A stretch of 62,204 nt of DNA, counting the filler, from Rhabdomonas costata (lineage: Eukaryota), in the NCBI GenBank assembly GCA_019059605.1. It is 34 parts of 34 records of this genome, joined end to end, with 100 filler letters (N's around TTAATTAATTAA, not from the genome) between each part and the next. Parts side by side here need not be neighbours in the genome. Positions count along the whole stretch, not along the records: positions 25,652 to 27,384 come from JAHMHO010009906.1; positions 27,485 to 29,216 come from JAHMHO010009907.1; positions 29,317 to 31,048 come from JAHMHO010009908.1; positions 31,149 to 32,880 come from JAHMHO010009909.1; positions 32,981 to 34,712 come from JAHMHO010009910.1; positions 34,813 to 36,544 come from JAHMHO010009911.1; positions 36,645 to 38,394 come from JAHMHO010009912.1; positions 38,495 to 40,225 come from JAHMHO010009913.1; 26 more parts are not named here. The stretch is one strand, 5' to 3'. Position numbers and translations under genes: made by a program. The notes under the pieces were generated by a model that ran no database searches, had not been told where the DNA came from, and saw only the letters and a list, made by a program, of their open reading frames with translations. Shown piece by piece: positions 27,018 through 39,534 of the stretch (the stretch's first letter is position 1; the number at the start of each line of letters is the position of its first letter).

Positions 27018-27305
27018 AAGTTTGCCCGCCACATCAAGCCCCAGGGGGGTTTCTTCTACGGGTGTATCTGCCTCGACGAGATCCTGTACATGGAATTACC
27101 CGATGCGACGCTTCCTTCCTCGCAAGACGCTGAGACGAATGTTCGACGGGATGCATCCCAGGTGCTGTATCCCCTGTACGCCGCTGATGTTAATGCAAAC
27201 GGCCTTGCACCCGGTCACTTAGTACTTTCGTTAGGAAGCACAACAATGACTCCTTGGAATGCAGATATGCTGAATAGTGTGGCTATTCGCTACGGGCGTG
27301 CTTGA
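27018..27305 (+). CDS. Probable terminal exon of an unknown protein (KFARHIKPQGGFFYGCICLDEILYMELPD...IRYGRA*)
   Basis: cgcag acceptor after a GT-rich intron-like tract, open frame to TGA, coding-like composition. Confidence 0.55.
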   Translation, partial: KFARHIKPQGGFFYGCICLDEILYMELPDATLPSSQDAETNVRRDASQVLYPLYAADVNANGLAPGHLVLSLGSTTMTPWNADMLNSVAIRYGRA

Positions 27306-28189
27306 ACGTGCCACTCTGGCCGTTGCCGTTTTACAGCACCCCTGTGAGGTCTTACATACCCCCCCCCCCAAACACACCACCACANNNNNNNNNNNNNNNN
27401 NNNNNNNNNNNNNNNNNNNNNNNNNNNNTTAATTAATTAANNNNNNNNNNNNNNNNNNNNNNNNNNNNNNNNNNNNNNNNNNNNTTTGTTCCACTGAGGT
27501 CGTCGCGAGGGTCCGGCTCGGTATACCCTGAGAGAATACCGACAGGGTCGCCCAAGTGTTGGTTAGCTTTTGCACGTCATGAATTCGCAGTTGTTGGAAA
27601 CGAGTGTTCAAGCGCGGACTGCTGGCAATCGTTTTCGACAAAATTGTAAGCCCCCGTGCATGACAGTTTGAACGTTTGTATTCACATGAACGTTTGTGAA
27701 CACGTCCGCGCGGCGGGGGGCGGCTTTTCCCGAATAATTCGCTGTCAAAACAAACCACCCAGCTCGAATAACTGGTTTTGCTAAAAAACATTTGCTGTAG
27801 GACACTCGGTAGGCCTGATACACCTTTCTGCTTCGCTTGCCGAACCACAGAGCTGAAGGTGTGGTCGGCGCTGAAAGTGTTGAAAATGAACGACAGTGTG
27901 CCAGACAGCACGGCCTCGATAGTAACCACCTGGGAAGGCAACACGCAAACAAAAAACAGCCACAGCAACCAGAAAATAGGAAAACAAAAGCTTGGTGGTG
28001 AAACTCTTTGTTGGGGAAACACAGACACAGATGGAAGGGAAGAACATCTCACCACTCTGACACAGACGTGGCCCCAACAGGCGGCGAAGAAATGGGAGGG
28101 AATGCAGAAATCACAAGGGCGCGAAGAATGATGAGGAAGGACTCCACAATCGCGGATATCAGCATCTTTTTTGTTATCTAGGGACGGTT

Positions 28190-29175
28190 GTGTCTGTTAG
28201 TTCGCGCGATTGTTGTTGGGACAGTGTAGTCGCGCAAAGGTACGCAGCAAGGCGACGCCTTCTCGGTGACCGCACACTCCCTCGCAGTGGAGGTAGCAAA
28301 AGTTCCGGGAACATCTTTGGCTGCCTGTATCTGGATGACGGCTCCCAAGCGGGATCTGTCACCTCGCTTGCGAAGGTTGTCAAAAACTTGGATCCAACAG
28401 CTGCTGAACTGCGGGGTTAAACAAAAAAGGAAAGAGAATGTACTTGCGGCTGATGCTTATGCCAGTGTGCTTTTGAGCGGGAGGGGCAGGTAGCGCGGTG
28501 AAGGTGGCTGAAGGTGGCTCCTGGAGTGGCTCCATCCGCTATATGTGCGGTTAATGCGTTGTTCAGGGGTACCCAACGATGTGGTGGCTTAAAAGGAATG
28601 GCGGCCCCCTCCGGTGCTTGACGAAGGCGCTGGATCGTTCTGGCAGGCGCCGAGCCATTTGCTCGTCCTGCCCGCATTGTCAGGGAGCGGCGACGCCTCT
28701 CCTGCCTCTCCTCAGCCCCAGCGGGGCAGTGACTCGCGCAAAGGTACGCAGCAAGGTGACCGCACTGGGACACTCTTGTATTCTCGGTGTCTTTACACTG
28801 CAGCGGCTAAAATTCCGGGAACTGGCGGCCTGCATCTGGACGATTCCCCACCTCGCTTGCGAGACTTGTGGAAAACTTGGAACCAGCAGCTGCAGCTAAT
28901 GGTTTGAAGTTGAACCGGAGCAGGTGTAAACTTTGGGGGCTGGTTCTCTGTGCTTCGGCGAATTGGCCGAATACTTGAAAGGAATCCCTTGGGTTTCCTG
29001 GACAGCCGGAGTAAAAATATTGGGAACGCTGGTTGGCAGGGAGCTCAACCAGGTGCACGAAAGCCTGCAAGCAGCCCTGGAAAAGCTTGAGCGCCTGGGT
29101 GATCCGCAGGAGAATGCGCAATTCTCCGCAGTTGCCTGGCCACAAAGGTTCAAGTTCTCCGGACTTTTTCGCTGA
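28190..29175 (+). mobile_element. Degenerate non-LTR retrotransposon RT, CRE/SLACS-like, with two tandem partial copies of the RT core
   Basis: Copy 1: KGTQQGD (~28237) and LYLDDG (~28325). Copy 2: KGTQQGDRTGTLLY (~28740), HLDD, GLKLNRSRCKLW, GVKILGTLVG and LEKLERLGDPQ. Frameshifted. Confidence 0.8.
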
Positions 29176-31163
29176 GTTAGGTCCATTTCCGAGGGAACCC
29201 GAGACCCACCAACCACNNNNNNNNNNNNNNNNNNNNNNNNNNNNNNNNNNNNNNNNNNNNTTAATTAATTAANNNNNNNNNNNNNNNNNNNNNNNNNNNN
29301 NNNNNNNNNNNNNNNNCGACTGCTGGCGGAGTGCTGCGAGAGCAGCAGCAGCTGCGGGGGTGGTGGTGGCAGTGGGGAGGGCGGGAAGGCTCCGTGTGAC
29401 GGGGTTATCCGAGTCTCGAAGTAAAAGACGGGCCTCTCCGTTGCACCGCGGACACTCCAGGGCCATCCGCCCTGCCAGGTATGTGTGTGTCGCCTCCGAT
29501 TCCTGTTCGCACCATCCGAATTGCTGTGCTCCGACTGTGGGAAAAGCCTATTGTCGGGCCTGCACCCCTTGCAGTGCAGGTGCCTCGAATCCCTGGCAAT
29601 CGGTCGTTGAACGTGACGACAGAAACACCGCCTGTCGGTTGGTTAATCGTTGGAGAGTTTCTAGCCTCCTTGTGGCAGCCACCAGCTAGAAATTTGGATG
29701 CTTTTCTTCTCGAACCAGTTTAGTGAACACAAGCAAAAAGTGAGGCCGGCAGGTGCTGCAGGAGGTGGACATTCTCCAGGGAAAAGATATTGCAGGAAAC
29801 TTTTTACCAAACGTCTATTTCAACAAGCCCCTTACGCTGGGAAGTTATAGCATCCAGGTCTCTTTTCCACGAGCTGCTATGCAGACCAAACCCACCAATT
29901 CATCCCCCAGGTTCTGTCAGTATTTTCGCCTTTTTCTCTGATTTGCCGAGTATATTTCCCCATTGGTTCCGCATGGACACGCAGCGACGTTTTCTATTGA
30001 GTTGTCAGTTGTTTTTCTTTGGGGGGAGGATTGGGGTTCGCAGATGTCTGGTTTTTCTAATTAAGGTTTTGATCATCGTCGAGCCCGTGTAGGCCCACGA
30101 TTCGGCGAATCATTTGTGCCAGCAGGCGGTGCGCGCTACCTGTTCCGGGCAATGTGCATTTCTGCACCGCATTTTTTTTAATTACGCTTTCTAATTCTGC
30201 ACATGTGGAAACCAGTTGCTTTCCTCACAGATCTTACACAGTTGTTACCCGGTGATGAAATATATGGCGTCTTTTGGGGGGGTGGGCTGATTCCCGAGGA
30301 AAGATGCCTTTTTAATGCTTCGTTGCCTGTCGGTTTGTTTGAATGTGGCATGTGCGTCACATTTTGCTTGGGGTGTCGTTTTGCTCACGTTCTTCCTTGC
30401 CCATTTTACATGCCTCCTGCCAGAAAGATTGGGGTTGGTCTGTGGAGGTACAGAGCTGCTCTTCTTCATGTGTCCAGCCATTGTGTTGCCTTGTGACTTC
30501 TTTTTCACTGCTTTTTCTTCCCCTGCGATTTATGTACCTTTCGTACGATCATGTACGCTGAGAAATTCTAGTTTTCACGGTTCCTATTGTGCATTGATAC
30601 TGACTTTGTACCCGGCACCCGTTGGATTGCAACTTTCGAACCTCTTTTTTGGAGTGTTCCGCCTGTCCGTCTAACTGGCACAGTAATGCTTCGTGAACCT
30701 ACAACCCTTTTATACAGTCCCTTCCCGGGACCAGCTGCCACACAAGATCCAATAACCAGATTGTCTCTCACCACCCTGGTTTTGTTTATGCCTGTTGCCA
30801 CCACTAAATTGTCTCAGTATCACGCCCGGTATTTGCATGGTTTACCTCTTGATTGTCATCGGCGTGCTAGTCAAAAATCTGTGCAATGCTGACAAACACA
30901 TCAATTGAAGCGCAAAGTGGCACGTCGTGGTTTCTTGTTTGCTGCTAAAAGTTGTGATATACCTTTTTGCTTGTTTTGTGTTTGCATTTGGATCCTACAT
31001 GAATAACGACCAAAATAATATAGAAATTTGCTTTAGCTACCCACACCCNNNNNNNNNNNNNNNNNNNNNNNNNNNNNNNNNNNNNNNNNNNNTTAATTAA
31101 TTAANNNNNNNNNNNNNNNNNNNNNNNNNNNNNNNNNNNNNNNNNNNNGGTGTTCCGGGTTTG

Positions 31164-32829
31164 TGGGAGCTTCTGGATGAAGCTGAGGATCTGCGCCCGC
31201 TCCGCGGCCTCTGTGATGGCCTGGTCGCTGGCAGAGAGCTTGCCATACCGGATATTCGACTTGATGGTGTCGTTGAATAGCACCGTGTCCTGACGGGTGA
31301 CGCGGGGAAAGAGGACTGGGTCGGTCGCAAGCCCGACCCACTTCATTTTAATTCAGAAAGAAACGCTGATCCCATCCACGAAAAAAATCTGGACATAAAC
31401 TAAATCCTAAAAGCACCCAGCCTCAAGTTCAAAACCAAAACGTCCCACACGGAGTGACATTTAGGGAAATCTGACGTGCAAAATCGCAATCTCAAATTAG
31501 AATACGACGTTTCCGATCTACTAGGGATTTCCTGTGAAGTGTGGGTGTGGGTTTAAATACACCTGGGTACCTGGACAAACAAACTCGGGACGCCCCCACT
31601 AGGTGACGGATGGGAACCTGGGGAACGATCCCAATCGCTTTCCGGACGGATTCCAGGGTGGCCTTGGAGATGTCTCGGCCGTTGATCAGGACTTGGCCCT
31701 TCTGCACGTCGCAGAACCGGAACAGCAGACGCGAAATCGTGGTCTTGCCCGACCTGCAATGCCGCGCAAGCCCAGCACATTCTGACAAGCCATGCTGAAG
31801 GTATGAAGGGATAAATAGGCATCACCAAAATGCAAAGCCGATGTCCCGATCCTCTGGTGGTCCGATGCCTTCTGCAAATGCGAACTGGATACGTGCCAAA
31901 CTTTGGTGGTGACACCTTCCAAACATTTTCCACAGCGTGCCGCGGATTTTGGCATACTCCCCCGTTGATCTCTGGAGCCTGGAGTTAAAAATGTTACCAG
32001 AATGTGCCTGATGTGTGCATTGACCTGCGGAAAAGAGCTAGGCCAAGCCAAGCAAAGGGCTCAAATGCCAAAGGTGCTAATGGAACTATCCAGCACTGGT
32101 AGACGCGAGCGAGCGATGATGGCTTGGTGAGTGGAGCACGGAGATTCGATGAGGCCCTCGGTTGGAGAGAGAGAGGGGGCTAATCAAAGGGCGGTCCACA
32201 GCCATTCTTCGGGAGACTTGTTCCAGTGCGATGGGCAATGGCATTGCCTCGCATTCCATAGGCATACGACAGGAGCGGGTGGTGAGAGGGGGGATGGATT
32301 TGAATACCCAGTGGGCCCCACCACAGCGGTGGTGCTCCCCGCTGGGATGCGGAACGAGACCCCCCGGAGGCCTCGGTTGGGGTTCTGCGTGGGGTAGTGG
32401 AACCAGACATCTCGAAACTCTACCTCCACGCCACGGCCGTCGTAGGAGACCACCATCGGCTCCGCCCCTGCGAGAAAAGCCCATCCCTCACTCAAAATTT
32501 GTTCGACTCGTTGCCAGTGCGTAAAAAGGTGACCATAGACATTGCCCGTGCCTCCTTGCAAGTGAGAGGTGAAAAAAAAATTACCGAAATGTCACTTATT
32601 GGTGAGGGTGGGGGCAGCAGAAGTGTGAGGGCGAGGTACCAGGGCAATCCTTAACGCTGGGCTCCTCGGCCAGGAGATCCCCGAGGCTCTGCATGTCCAC
32701 CAGGGCCTGGATGATCATGCCGTAGATCGTCCCCAGGAAGCTCAGCGGGCTGAACAGATTGCCGATGTACACGGAAACCGCGACGAAGTCCCCGAGCTTG
32801 TCCTCGCCGTTAACGATCTTCGAGCTGAC
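31164..32829 (-). CDS. ABCB half-transporter, ATM1/ABCB6-7/HMT1-like (exons 32829-32640, 32467-32308, 31753-31618, 31289-~31164)
   Basis: In-frame GT-AG splicing gives LGDFVAVSVYIGNLFSPLSFLGTIYGMIIQALVDMQSL, VEFRDVWFHY, Walker A GPTG|SGKTTISRLLFRF, Q-loop IGIVPQ|DTVLFNDTIKSNIRYG. Confidence 0.95.
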
Positions 32830-33739
32830 CTGCGCAAGAGATAGCCCCCCACCACTCAGAGAATCTCGCGAAACAAACAANNNNNNNNNNNNNNNNNNNN
32901 NNNNNNNNNNNNNNNNNNNNNNNNTTAATTAATTAANNNNNNNNNNNNNNNNNNNNNNNNNNNNNNNNNNNNNNNNNNNNGGGGGTGGGGTGGTGGCCCC
33001 GCCGTCGAGTGAGGCTTCTGCTGTCCCACCGAAGGTACGATCCCTTATTGGGCTGTGACTGGGAAACGGGTTTTTCTTGTGTCATCATGTTGAGAGACGG
33101 ATTTCATGGACGCACAAGACACTGAGATTTTTCCCATGGTACATTCCATGATGGCAGGATGGCTTGACAGCCTTGCGTATACTGGTCAAAACTTCGCATT
33201 ACATGTCGCATACTGCTCTCTTTGTTTGTCATGCCATGAGCTTACCTAATAGGAGTTCAGCGTGACAGGTTGTCAGTTGAAGGCAGTGCAGCCAATAACA
33301 TTCAACAGCGACAGGTCAGCGAGGATGCGAGATATCCTGTGGGGTTTTGCGCAACAAAGTGAGTTGCGTCAAACCAGCGGGGGGGGGGGCGCTACATATC
33401 TAAACAACTTCAGCTGTGTACAGGAATGCGAGGGGAAAAGAAAATTTCTTGTTCTTTGTCTTGAGGACGAAGAGTTCTGATGAAACTCTTGCTGGAATAT
33501 GAATACCGTGTGGTATGATCTTCAGCACTTCTCCCGTTTTGTGACGGATAATGCGCCCCCGTCGTGTGAGGTCCCAACAACAATTGGGTGATGCCAAAAT
33601 GCCAAAATGAAAGTAAATGGACCTTGCCTGAGAGGTCTTGCAACGGAAGCAAACTGTTCTTCAATGCAAACCCAAAGTGATTGCCAGGCAGGATAATCGA
33701 AGACTGCCGAGTGGGCGTGTACGCTGTTGAATTGTGCAG

Positions 33740-33803
33740 AGTGATTTTCGTCGGGGACTCCCACGTCCGGTGTCTTTACAGCGCTCTGGAAAACCGCATA
33801 CAG
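33740..33803 (+). CDS. Exon with SGNH/PC-esterase-like GDS motif (VIFVGDSHVRCLYSALENRIQ)
   Basis: AG/GT-bounded 64-nt segment matching 'i.FvGDS..R..y..l'. Neighbouring exons not identified. Confidence 0.55.
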
Positions 33804-35119
33804 GTGTGCTGTTGCTGCGAAAGGGGTGCGGTTGCGTCATTTTTCTTGGTGATGGGGCAATCGCACCACATGTGCGGTGTGCAGATGACTTAATCTCAGA
33901 TTTCCCGTGAATATTATTATGGGATGAGCACGGTATCACCCCATCGTCTCTACCTGACGCCACCGCCCGAACAACTGAAACTGAGGGCAATTTAGTCTAC
34001 TTTAGGCTACAAAATGCCGCTAGGCTGACACGTATGTATGTGAAATGCTGAAACCTTCTCTCGTCACTCATCTCACTATGGCGAAAAAGCACGTCTGAGT
34101 TCGATGTGACGTGCGATATTTCAAAAATGCGCCACAGGACATCTGACAGCGCTTGTGTGCACTTTTTTCGTCATAATTTCTGAGTCTCTCTCCCCGAACG
34201 AGCCAAAAACGTCCACATTGGATTAATGAGACTAAAAGTCACAAGGTATGGTTTTAGCAAGTCCAATTGAGGTAAACGAAATAAAAAAACTCTCAGATAC
34301 TGTGCCAAAGAATGGGGTGGGGTTGTCACAACCCGTGACCTCTCATCAAGGTTGGAAATAACAATGTTGGCGACAAAGAAGTCAAAAGAGGGTGAATTCT
34401 TTTTTTACGTGAACGGGCTTTTCACATCGGTCCGGGTTGGATCTGGTCGAGTGGGACTTGCTCGTAGCGTTGCCGGAGCGGGCGGCTGAGACCTTTCCTG
34501 GGGCGGGATTGTGGGCCTTGCATTAATTACACCTCGAAAACACGTGAATTTGGGAAGGACCTGGGCTGAGCCCTTAAGACTGGTTTCACTCTTAGTGTAT
34601 GACAACGTTAATCGGTATAACAACGTTAGAAGGAATAACGGCGTCATACAGTATACCATATAAACAACGTATAGCGTCGTTGTACCTTTAACTCGCCCCC
34701 ACCCCCCCACACNNNNNNNNNNNNNNNNNNNNNNNNNNNNNNNNNNNNNNNNNNNNTTAATTAATTAANNNNNNNNNNNNNNNNNNNNNNNNNNNNNNNN
34801 NNNNNNNNNNNNACTTTGGCGCCCCGGGGAAGAGTGTGTCACGAGGTTCCGAGTGGAGTATGCGGTCAAAGCGGGGGTGTTAATTTGAATTCTTTTTGGC
34901 ACTTTTATCTACCACCCAGTCCCGAAAATAGCGAGAATAGCGTGACCGCACTGTGACCGCTTGCATTTTATGCCGCTGGCGGGTACCAGCTGCCAGACCT
35001 CACGTGCCCACCATAAAGCCGAGGTTTGCTCGTTCTGCTCTCACCCCTTTCACCTCACTTACACTTTCTTTCCCTCTCTCTCCCTGTGTTTTTTTTGCAT
35101 GTGCATGTGTATCATTTAG

Positions 35120-36259
35120 GATTTCGAGGGGAGGACTGCCCTCCACATCGCCGTGCTCAGCGGCAGCTCGGAGGCCATCGAGGCCCTTCTGCAGTCAGGC
35201 GCCAGCCCTGATATTCTGGTACTTCGCTGCTTCTCTCTCTGTGTGTGTTTTGCTGCCGCGGTGTGTGGCCTCACTTGCTTTTCATTATGCTGCCGTGTGC
35301 AGCCTGACTTCGTTAACCTGATGTGGATGTGGGGCAACGCTGAGCTGCGGCAAAGCAGAAGCGAGCGGCGAGTGCCAGCGCTCGTTTTCGATACCAGACT
35401 CACCCCCAGAAACCGGAAAGCTGCGCGGAGACTTCCATGCCAGTTCCAAAGCCGCTGCTCTTCTCCCCTCAAAAGATACCGTGAACTCCTTTTCGATGCC
35501 TGTTGTTTGTTCGCGGCAGATGGCCTTTTTTATTGGATTAATTCCCTTGCCAATGCTGGTTGCCGTCCCAAGCGCGCTGGCTCTCCGTCGACGTTACAGT
35601 AATTGCCCCTGTACGCTCCATCCCTGTCGTCAAGCCTGTTCTCGAACACCGCAACCCTGCAGACAAGAGATGAAAAGCGCCTTAGATTCTCTTTCCCTTT
35701 TCCTTGTCCGTCTCTATCAGACTTTGAACGGTACCCAAATGCAGTGGTGCACAGCAACTTTGCAAGGCGTCTCTTCCCTGTGCCCCGTCCCCCCTCTTTT
35801 GTTGCCAACACCCTCCGCCTCTCCCCACACGTTGCCTTTATGCACACCTGTTTTGATGGGTAGGACAACCTGGGCAAGACGCCCCTGCATCTCGCTGTGG
35901 AGATGGGCAACGCGAGGGCGTGGAAGACCCTCCTCCAAGCCAAGGCCCAGGTCAACCTCCAGGTTCGCCCTTTATTCGTTCAGATGTGGGGAGTAGAGAG
36001 GTGGAGGGAGTGGATAAGCCTTCCGTAGTGCTCCTCTTAATAATTAACGATTCCATCCCCAAAGTACGATTTCACGATAGTCGCATAGATGGTCCAGAGA
36101 TCTCGGATGTCTGCTTGAACACATCGCAGACATTACAAAACGCACCTCCGTTCTTTTCAGGACAGGCAGGGAAAGACCCCGCTGCACATTGCCCTGGAGC
36201 TGAACAATGCTGTCCTCTGGCAGGCCCTCGTCACCGCCGACGCTCGCATGGATCTGCCG
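35120..36259 (+). CDS. Ankyrin-repeat protein (exons 35120-35218, 35864-35962, 36161-36259)
   Basis: Each exon is 99 nt, phase 0, and encodes one 33-aa repeat: DFEGRTALHIAVLSGSSEAIEALLQSGASPDIL, DNLGKTPLHLAVEMGNARAWKTLLQAKAQVNLQ, DRQGKTPLHIALELNNAVLWQALVTADARMDLP. Confidence 0.95.
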
Positions 36260-37774
36260 GTGTGTGTTTGGTGGCCCTTGTACATGTTTAGACTGAGTGC
36301 TGCTCCTGAAGCAGAGAGAGAGAGAGAGTTCGCGCGTATCCACAATGAAACCGGGCCTGCTCCTGTAAACTGTCAACAAGGATACCGTGTCTCATAGGAA
36401 TGTGTATCCTGCCGTGTCGAAGACTTCAAAGCCAAACTGCCTCTCGCCCCCGTATTCGTCTATTTAAGTGGCCGCCTAACAGCAATCAATGCTTCCCTTT
36501 CTCCCTGTGTTTTGACATTTCGTCAGAGCCAGCGCCCACCCCACNNNNNNNNNNNNNNNNNNNNNNNNNNNNNNNNNNNNNNNNNNNNTTAATTAATTAA
36601 NNNNNNNNNNNNNNNNNNNNNNNNNNNNNNNNNNNNNNNNNNNNTTGTTTTTGTCCGGGCGGCCACGACACGTGGCGACGCACGTGGATTTGAGTGGGTT
36701 TGGCGTTTGGCAGCGTTTCTCCAGGGCGTCGTGCGAAACGCTGCCCCGGCAGAATGGGCGCATCCGCGGAATAAAAAACCCGGTCAGCCGAAGCCCACGC
36801 TGCACGGCAAGAACTCCGTCCTCTCAACCGAAATTGGAGGAATTGACTGGAATTCCAACGGCGGACTTCGAGAAGACGCTGGAACGGAGACACGGTGGTG
36901 CACGAGACCTGCACCACCGGAAGGAATATCTGCCCCGAACAAGCGCGCAAAATCCACCATCTGCATCTTTAAAGTAACTGTGGGACAAGGGAGGCATGAG
37001 TGACTATCTGTATAGTATCCGGGGGTGGATCTGCGAAGATGCCCACTGTGCTCGGCGTGTCTCACCAGTCTTTAAAACCAGGAAACGAAAGCATCCACAC
37101 GAACACATTCTCCTCCCCCGCTTCGCGTCGCGCATATCGCTTGCCTCGTTCTCCCACCCTTCGCCTTCCACCACATTAACTCATATACCCCCCAATCGAC
37201 TTCCCCCAAATAACGTCATATATCCCCCAATAGTCCTTAAACAACCGAACGTAAACAACGGCACATTGTCACAACGTCAGTGTTCACACGATAACGTTTT
37301 CGCCTTTCTCGAACTCCTCGCTCGGACACAACAAGTATAGTTGACTCCTTTCAGAAGTTCTGTCCGTCAGCTGGCAGGAATAGGGAGCTTCAGGAGCAAA
37401 ATCAAGGCAGCATACCTGCGGTGACATGTGGCAAAAACGCCACGTCCCAAGTAAACGTACGTTACCGAGGGAGGGGGCACCTTCAGGCAGTTCTGCTCCT
37501 CTCTTGCAATAGTGGCTGAGAATGATTCTTCCTTTTGCATTTTTCCGCTCTGACCAAACGTGGCTGCTGCCATGCGACTTTCGAGCTACCCGCTGTGTAT
37601 ATCAGTTCAAACGATGACCCAATGGCACCTTCGACGTCTTCGGCATAGGGCCCGACTTCCGCAGAATTGGAGTCACAAGTTTCTTGAGTTGTCCAGGGAT
37701 CGAGAAGCACCGGCGTGCCAAAGGCCCAGTGCTAACCAAGCTCGTGCTCTCCCCCCGCCCTTCCGGGTGCAACA

Positions 37775-38065
37775 CTGTCCCCGCACAGTGCCGGAGCACG
37801 GCCAGATGGGCCCACAAAGGGGTACCCCCGTCCCTGGCGTTGTGGTAGAGGTCGTGTTGGAGATATGGTGCACTAGAAAGAGCTCCCCGTACTCCGGCGG
37901 GGTGACCGGGATAAGCTTTGTGGGGTGACACCTTCCACACGCCGCTTCGGGATAGGCCCCAAAGAGCTGCAGGGAGCTGAAATACTCGCGAACCAAGGGG
38001 CAGCGGTGGCCGCGGGACCGGCTCAGAAAGCGGCAGCGCTGGTGCAGCACGTTCAGCTGCTGCCG
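37775..38065 (-). CDS. Probable coding exon of an unknown protein; frame ambiguous
   Basis: GC-rich stretch with two open minus-strand frames (one reads VFQLPAALWGLSRSGVWKVSPHKAYPGH...LWAHLAVLRHCAG). Confidence 0.35.
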
Positions 38066-38320
38066 AGTCAGCATGAAGTGAGACTGCAAAGGTGCAAAGG
38101 GGAAAGGGGGGATGAGTGCAAAAGCGGTCAACCATCGAAAGGATGAACATTCAGCAGAAAACCAAGAAAGGGCCATGCCGTTGAAAGACACCACCTCCAG
38201 AAAAGTTCAACGGCGCACGTATCCACATGCCCCCCCCCTCACCCATCCCAAGCATCGGTACGGTTACATGAGTTACAGAACACAGAAGGAGCAGCAGGAC
38301 CAAGCATCCAAACACCACAT

Positions 38321-38321
<1 letters not shown>

Positions 38322-38393
<72 letters not shown>

Positions 38394-38394
38394 C
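38322..38394. repeat. (CAA)n microsatellite, ~24 units, at contig end
   Basis: Perfect trinucleotide run; probably the cause of the assembly break. Confidence 0.97.
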
Positions 38395-38570
38395 NNNNNN
38401 NNNNNNNNNNNNNNNNNNNNNNNNNNNNNNNNNNNNNNTTAATTAATTAANNNNNNNNNNNNNNNNNNNNNNNNNNNNNNNNNNNNNNNNNNNNGTGGTG
38501 GGTGTGTTTGGTGTGTGGGTTTCTGGATTTTGGGGGCTGTTAGCCCGCCCTTTATCTTCTTCGCTTCTGA

Positions 38571-38600
38571 CTTTGCCTTTGCCTTTGCCTTTGCCTTTGC
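38571..38600. repeat. (CTTTGC)5 hexanucleotide repeat
   Basis: Direct inspection. Confidence 0.9.
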
Positions 38601-39349
38601 CTAAGCCTCCCGAAGCCTTCCATTGCCCCCCCCCCCCACACATACGTCACACACAAACGCATACACAGACCTATGCTCCCGCATTAGATACCAAAAAAAA
38701 AAACGAGAAAGAGCATGCGTGCACATCCCAAGTGAGGAGGAATGCTGATCGGGGCGGTCCCTCAGCGGACATTGGTGGCCGCGTCAGCGCTACGCTTGTA
38801 GGAGACGTTCTGGGGCAGGGGGAACCGTGCGATTCTTTTGGGGACGTCACGATTGCCTTCGAAAGGCCCTGCGGGAGGGACTGTACCCTTTATTTTTCTT
38901 ACGTGGTACGTGGAACGTATTTTTTTGCTGGAATACTCAGCTCCCCCCACCTCGTCTTCGCTTTGGTGCTCGTTAATCGCATCCAGCGTGGCATCCCTAT
39001 AAAGGTAGAAGGCAAGGGTTGGAGGAGTCTTGCGGAGCACTGTTCCTAGGGATTGTCAGCACTGTTTGTTGGGCCACATCGAGATTGCGGACTTCAAGCA
39101 AAGCGGTTGCACAACCACCAGTTGGAATCACTACCTCCAAGTATACGCACTGCAGAGTAACTCTAACCGCCTCCCTCCCACATCTCAGAGGCCTTGACGT
39201 GGAGGCTCATTTGCTTGCGCCAGAGCGCGTGTGCTAAATCGCACTGCCCCAAGTTCTTTGACTTTCTGGTGGGGGCGTCCTTTCCCAGTCCTCTTTCTCT
39301 TTCTATATCTCTGCCAGCCCTCCGCCTCAGAGAGAATAGAGAGAGAGCA

Positions 39350-39534
39350 ATGGCCTCCAAGCGGGCCAAGGTCTCGCCACCTTCTCCCGAAGGCACTGGC
39401 ACTGGTGCTGCGGGAGAGCCTGCGGAGGACGGGGGAGGAGGAGGAGGAGGGTCCTCCTCCGCGGCTCGTGCTGCGGCAAAAGCTGCCGCCGTGGCAACCA
39501 TCGCCGGGCTGCTCGCGACCTACGGCCCGGAAGC
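39350..39534 (+). CDS. First exon of an unknown protein (MASKRAKVSPPSPEGTG...AAVATIAGLLATYGPEA) with NLS-like KRAK
   Basis: ATG preceded by a polypyrimidine tract and AGs; GC-rich Gly/Ala low-complexity frame. 3' border approximate. Confidence 0.55.

Noticed and set aside
31149..31170. Euglenid-type non-conventional intron after KLPQ in the ABC gene (no GT donor)
   Set aside because: It falls in the terminal bases of a contig, which appear primer-derived. All confidently reconstructed introns are GT-AG.
38112..38450. Poly-Q and poly-L ORFs
   Set aside because: These are translations of the (CAA)n microsatellite running into the linker, with no other coding support.
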